Shown here: positions 25,299 through 26,206 of the stretch, in pieces
How positions within the stretch are numbered: position 1 is the first letter of the stretch
Layout: every line of letters begins with the position of its first letter
Position numbers and translations under genes: made by a program
Notes under the pieces: generated by a model
Database searches by the model: none
What the model saw: the letters and a program-made list of their open reading frames with translations, nothing else
What the model was told of the DNA's origin: nothing
IMG/VR virus record: IMGVR_UViG_3300030376_004817
Location: 1 to 26,206 of that record
DNA: 26,206 nucleotides
Strand: one strand, 5' to 3'
Source: a virus
Lineage: Duplodnaviria; Caudoviricetes

Positions 25299-26206
25299 TA
25301 CAAGAATATCAGACACTTATGCAGGTCTTATCAAGACAACTGATAATGCTGCTATTACTGCAACCCTTAAACAACTAACAGATGGGTCAGGGAATAATAC
25401 AGGTCTGTATGTTAATACAGCAGGGGATTTTAAAGCTACTGCCATTTTAGAATGGGGGTCTTTAAAAGATACAGGAACAGGGGTTACAATAACACAATTT
25501 GTAACTCAAGCAAATGGAATTTCAAATTTTGATAATGACACTACAATTCCAACAAGTGCAGCAGTAAAAGATTATGTAGATACTCATGTTACAGCACAAG
25601 ATTTAGATTTTACAGATGGAACAAGTTCAGGAGCAGTTGATTTAGATTCTCAATCTTTGGCTATCATAGGCACAGCGAATGAAATAGAAACTGCAGCAAG
25701 TGGTCAACAATTACAAATTGGAATACCAACTAATCCTACATTAACAGGCAATGTTACAATTACAGGAAATTTAAGTTTAGCAGATAATAAAAAAGCATAT
25801 TATGGAGCAGGAAATGATTTAGCTATTTATTCAGATGGGTCAAGGAGTTACATAGATGGCGAAGGTGGTTCACCTCAAATAGAAATTAGGTCTGATGGAG
25901 AAATACATATCTCAACATTAACAGATAATGAGGTAATGGCGAAATTTATAAAAAATGGAGCAGTTGAATTGTATTTTAATAATGTTAAAAGATTTGAAAC
26001 AGTTGCAGCAGGGTCAAAGGTTACAGGAGATTTAGAAGTCACAGGCTCTATCACAGGAAGTGGTGGCTCGTTCTTACCTTTAGCAGGTGGTACGATGACA
26101 GGTGCAACAAATCATGGAGATAGTGTAAAAAGTATTTATGGAACAGGAGGAGATTTAGAAATTTATCACGATGCCTTTTCAGATTCTTATATTAAAGATA
26201 CAGGAA
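25282..26206 (+). CDS. Tail fibre / receptor-binding protein (3'-truncated by the window)
   Basis: Open from ATG 25282 to the window end: MATLYNTRISDTY..., PTSAAVKDYVD, AQDLDF, repeated GxGxDLxIYxD units, FLPLAGGTMTG. Not in the ORF track. Confidence 0.8.
   Translation, partial: MATLYNTRISDTYAGLIKTTDNAAITATLKQLTDGSGNNTGLYVNTAGDFKATAILEWGSLKDTGTGVTITQFVTQANGISNFDNDTTIPTSAAVKDYVDTHVTAQDLDFTDGTSSGAVDLDSQSLAIIGTANEIETAASGQQLQIGIPTNPTLTGNVTITGNLSLADNKKAYYGAGNDLAIYSDGSRSYIDGEGGSPQIEIRSDGEIHISTLTDNEVMAKFIKNGAVELYFNNVKRFETVAAGSKVTGDLEVTGSITGSGGSFLPLAGGTMTGATNHGDSVKSIYGTGGDLEIYHDAFSDSYIKDTG

Noticed and set aside
1-26206. Stop-codon reassignment or prophage/integration module
   Set aside because: Genes tile densely under the standard code with TAA, TGA and TAG stops; no integrase, repressor or host genes are seen in the window.

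Overview
AT-rich, entirely +-strand segment of a tailed phage genome, probably a siphovirus of Bacteroidota (Flavobacteria-like), judged from Bacteroidota-type TTTG-N19-TAnnTTTG promoters and the lack of Shine-Dalgarno sites. Order: end of a lysis region (3TM holin), then a repeat/poly-T intergenic region. Next comes an early/replication block (NinG, ERF recombinase, SSB-like protein, AAA helicase, ECF-like sigma factor, PD-(D/E)xK nuclease, 5'-3' exonuclease, DnaA-domain-IV protein). A late operon follows, with a ParB-methyltransferase-fold fusion, SAM decarboxylase, TerS and TerL. Then a small-ORF cassette behind a structured leader, tail genes (chaperone with a probable -1 frameshift, hub, tape measure), head genes (protease, scaffold, capsid), tail tube, portal, adaptor and a partial fibre. 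The most notable candidate system is the DNA methyltransferase-fold protein with a spermidine-synthase-like Asp in its cofactor loop, overlapping a SAM decarboxylase gene and co-transcribed with terminase. This suggests aminopropyl rather than methyl DNA modification. Other highlights are a five-copy ECF-type late promoter giving near-leaderless mRNAs, a long dual-coding frameshift region, and candidate small RNAs. All calls come from motif reading by eye; no searches were run.
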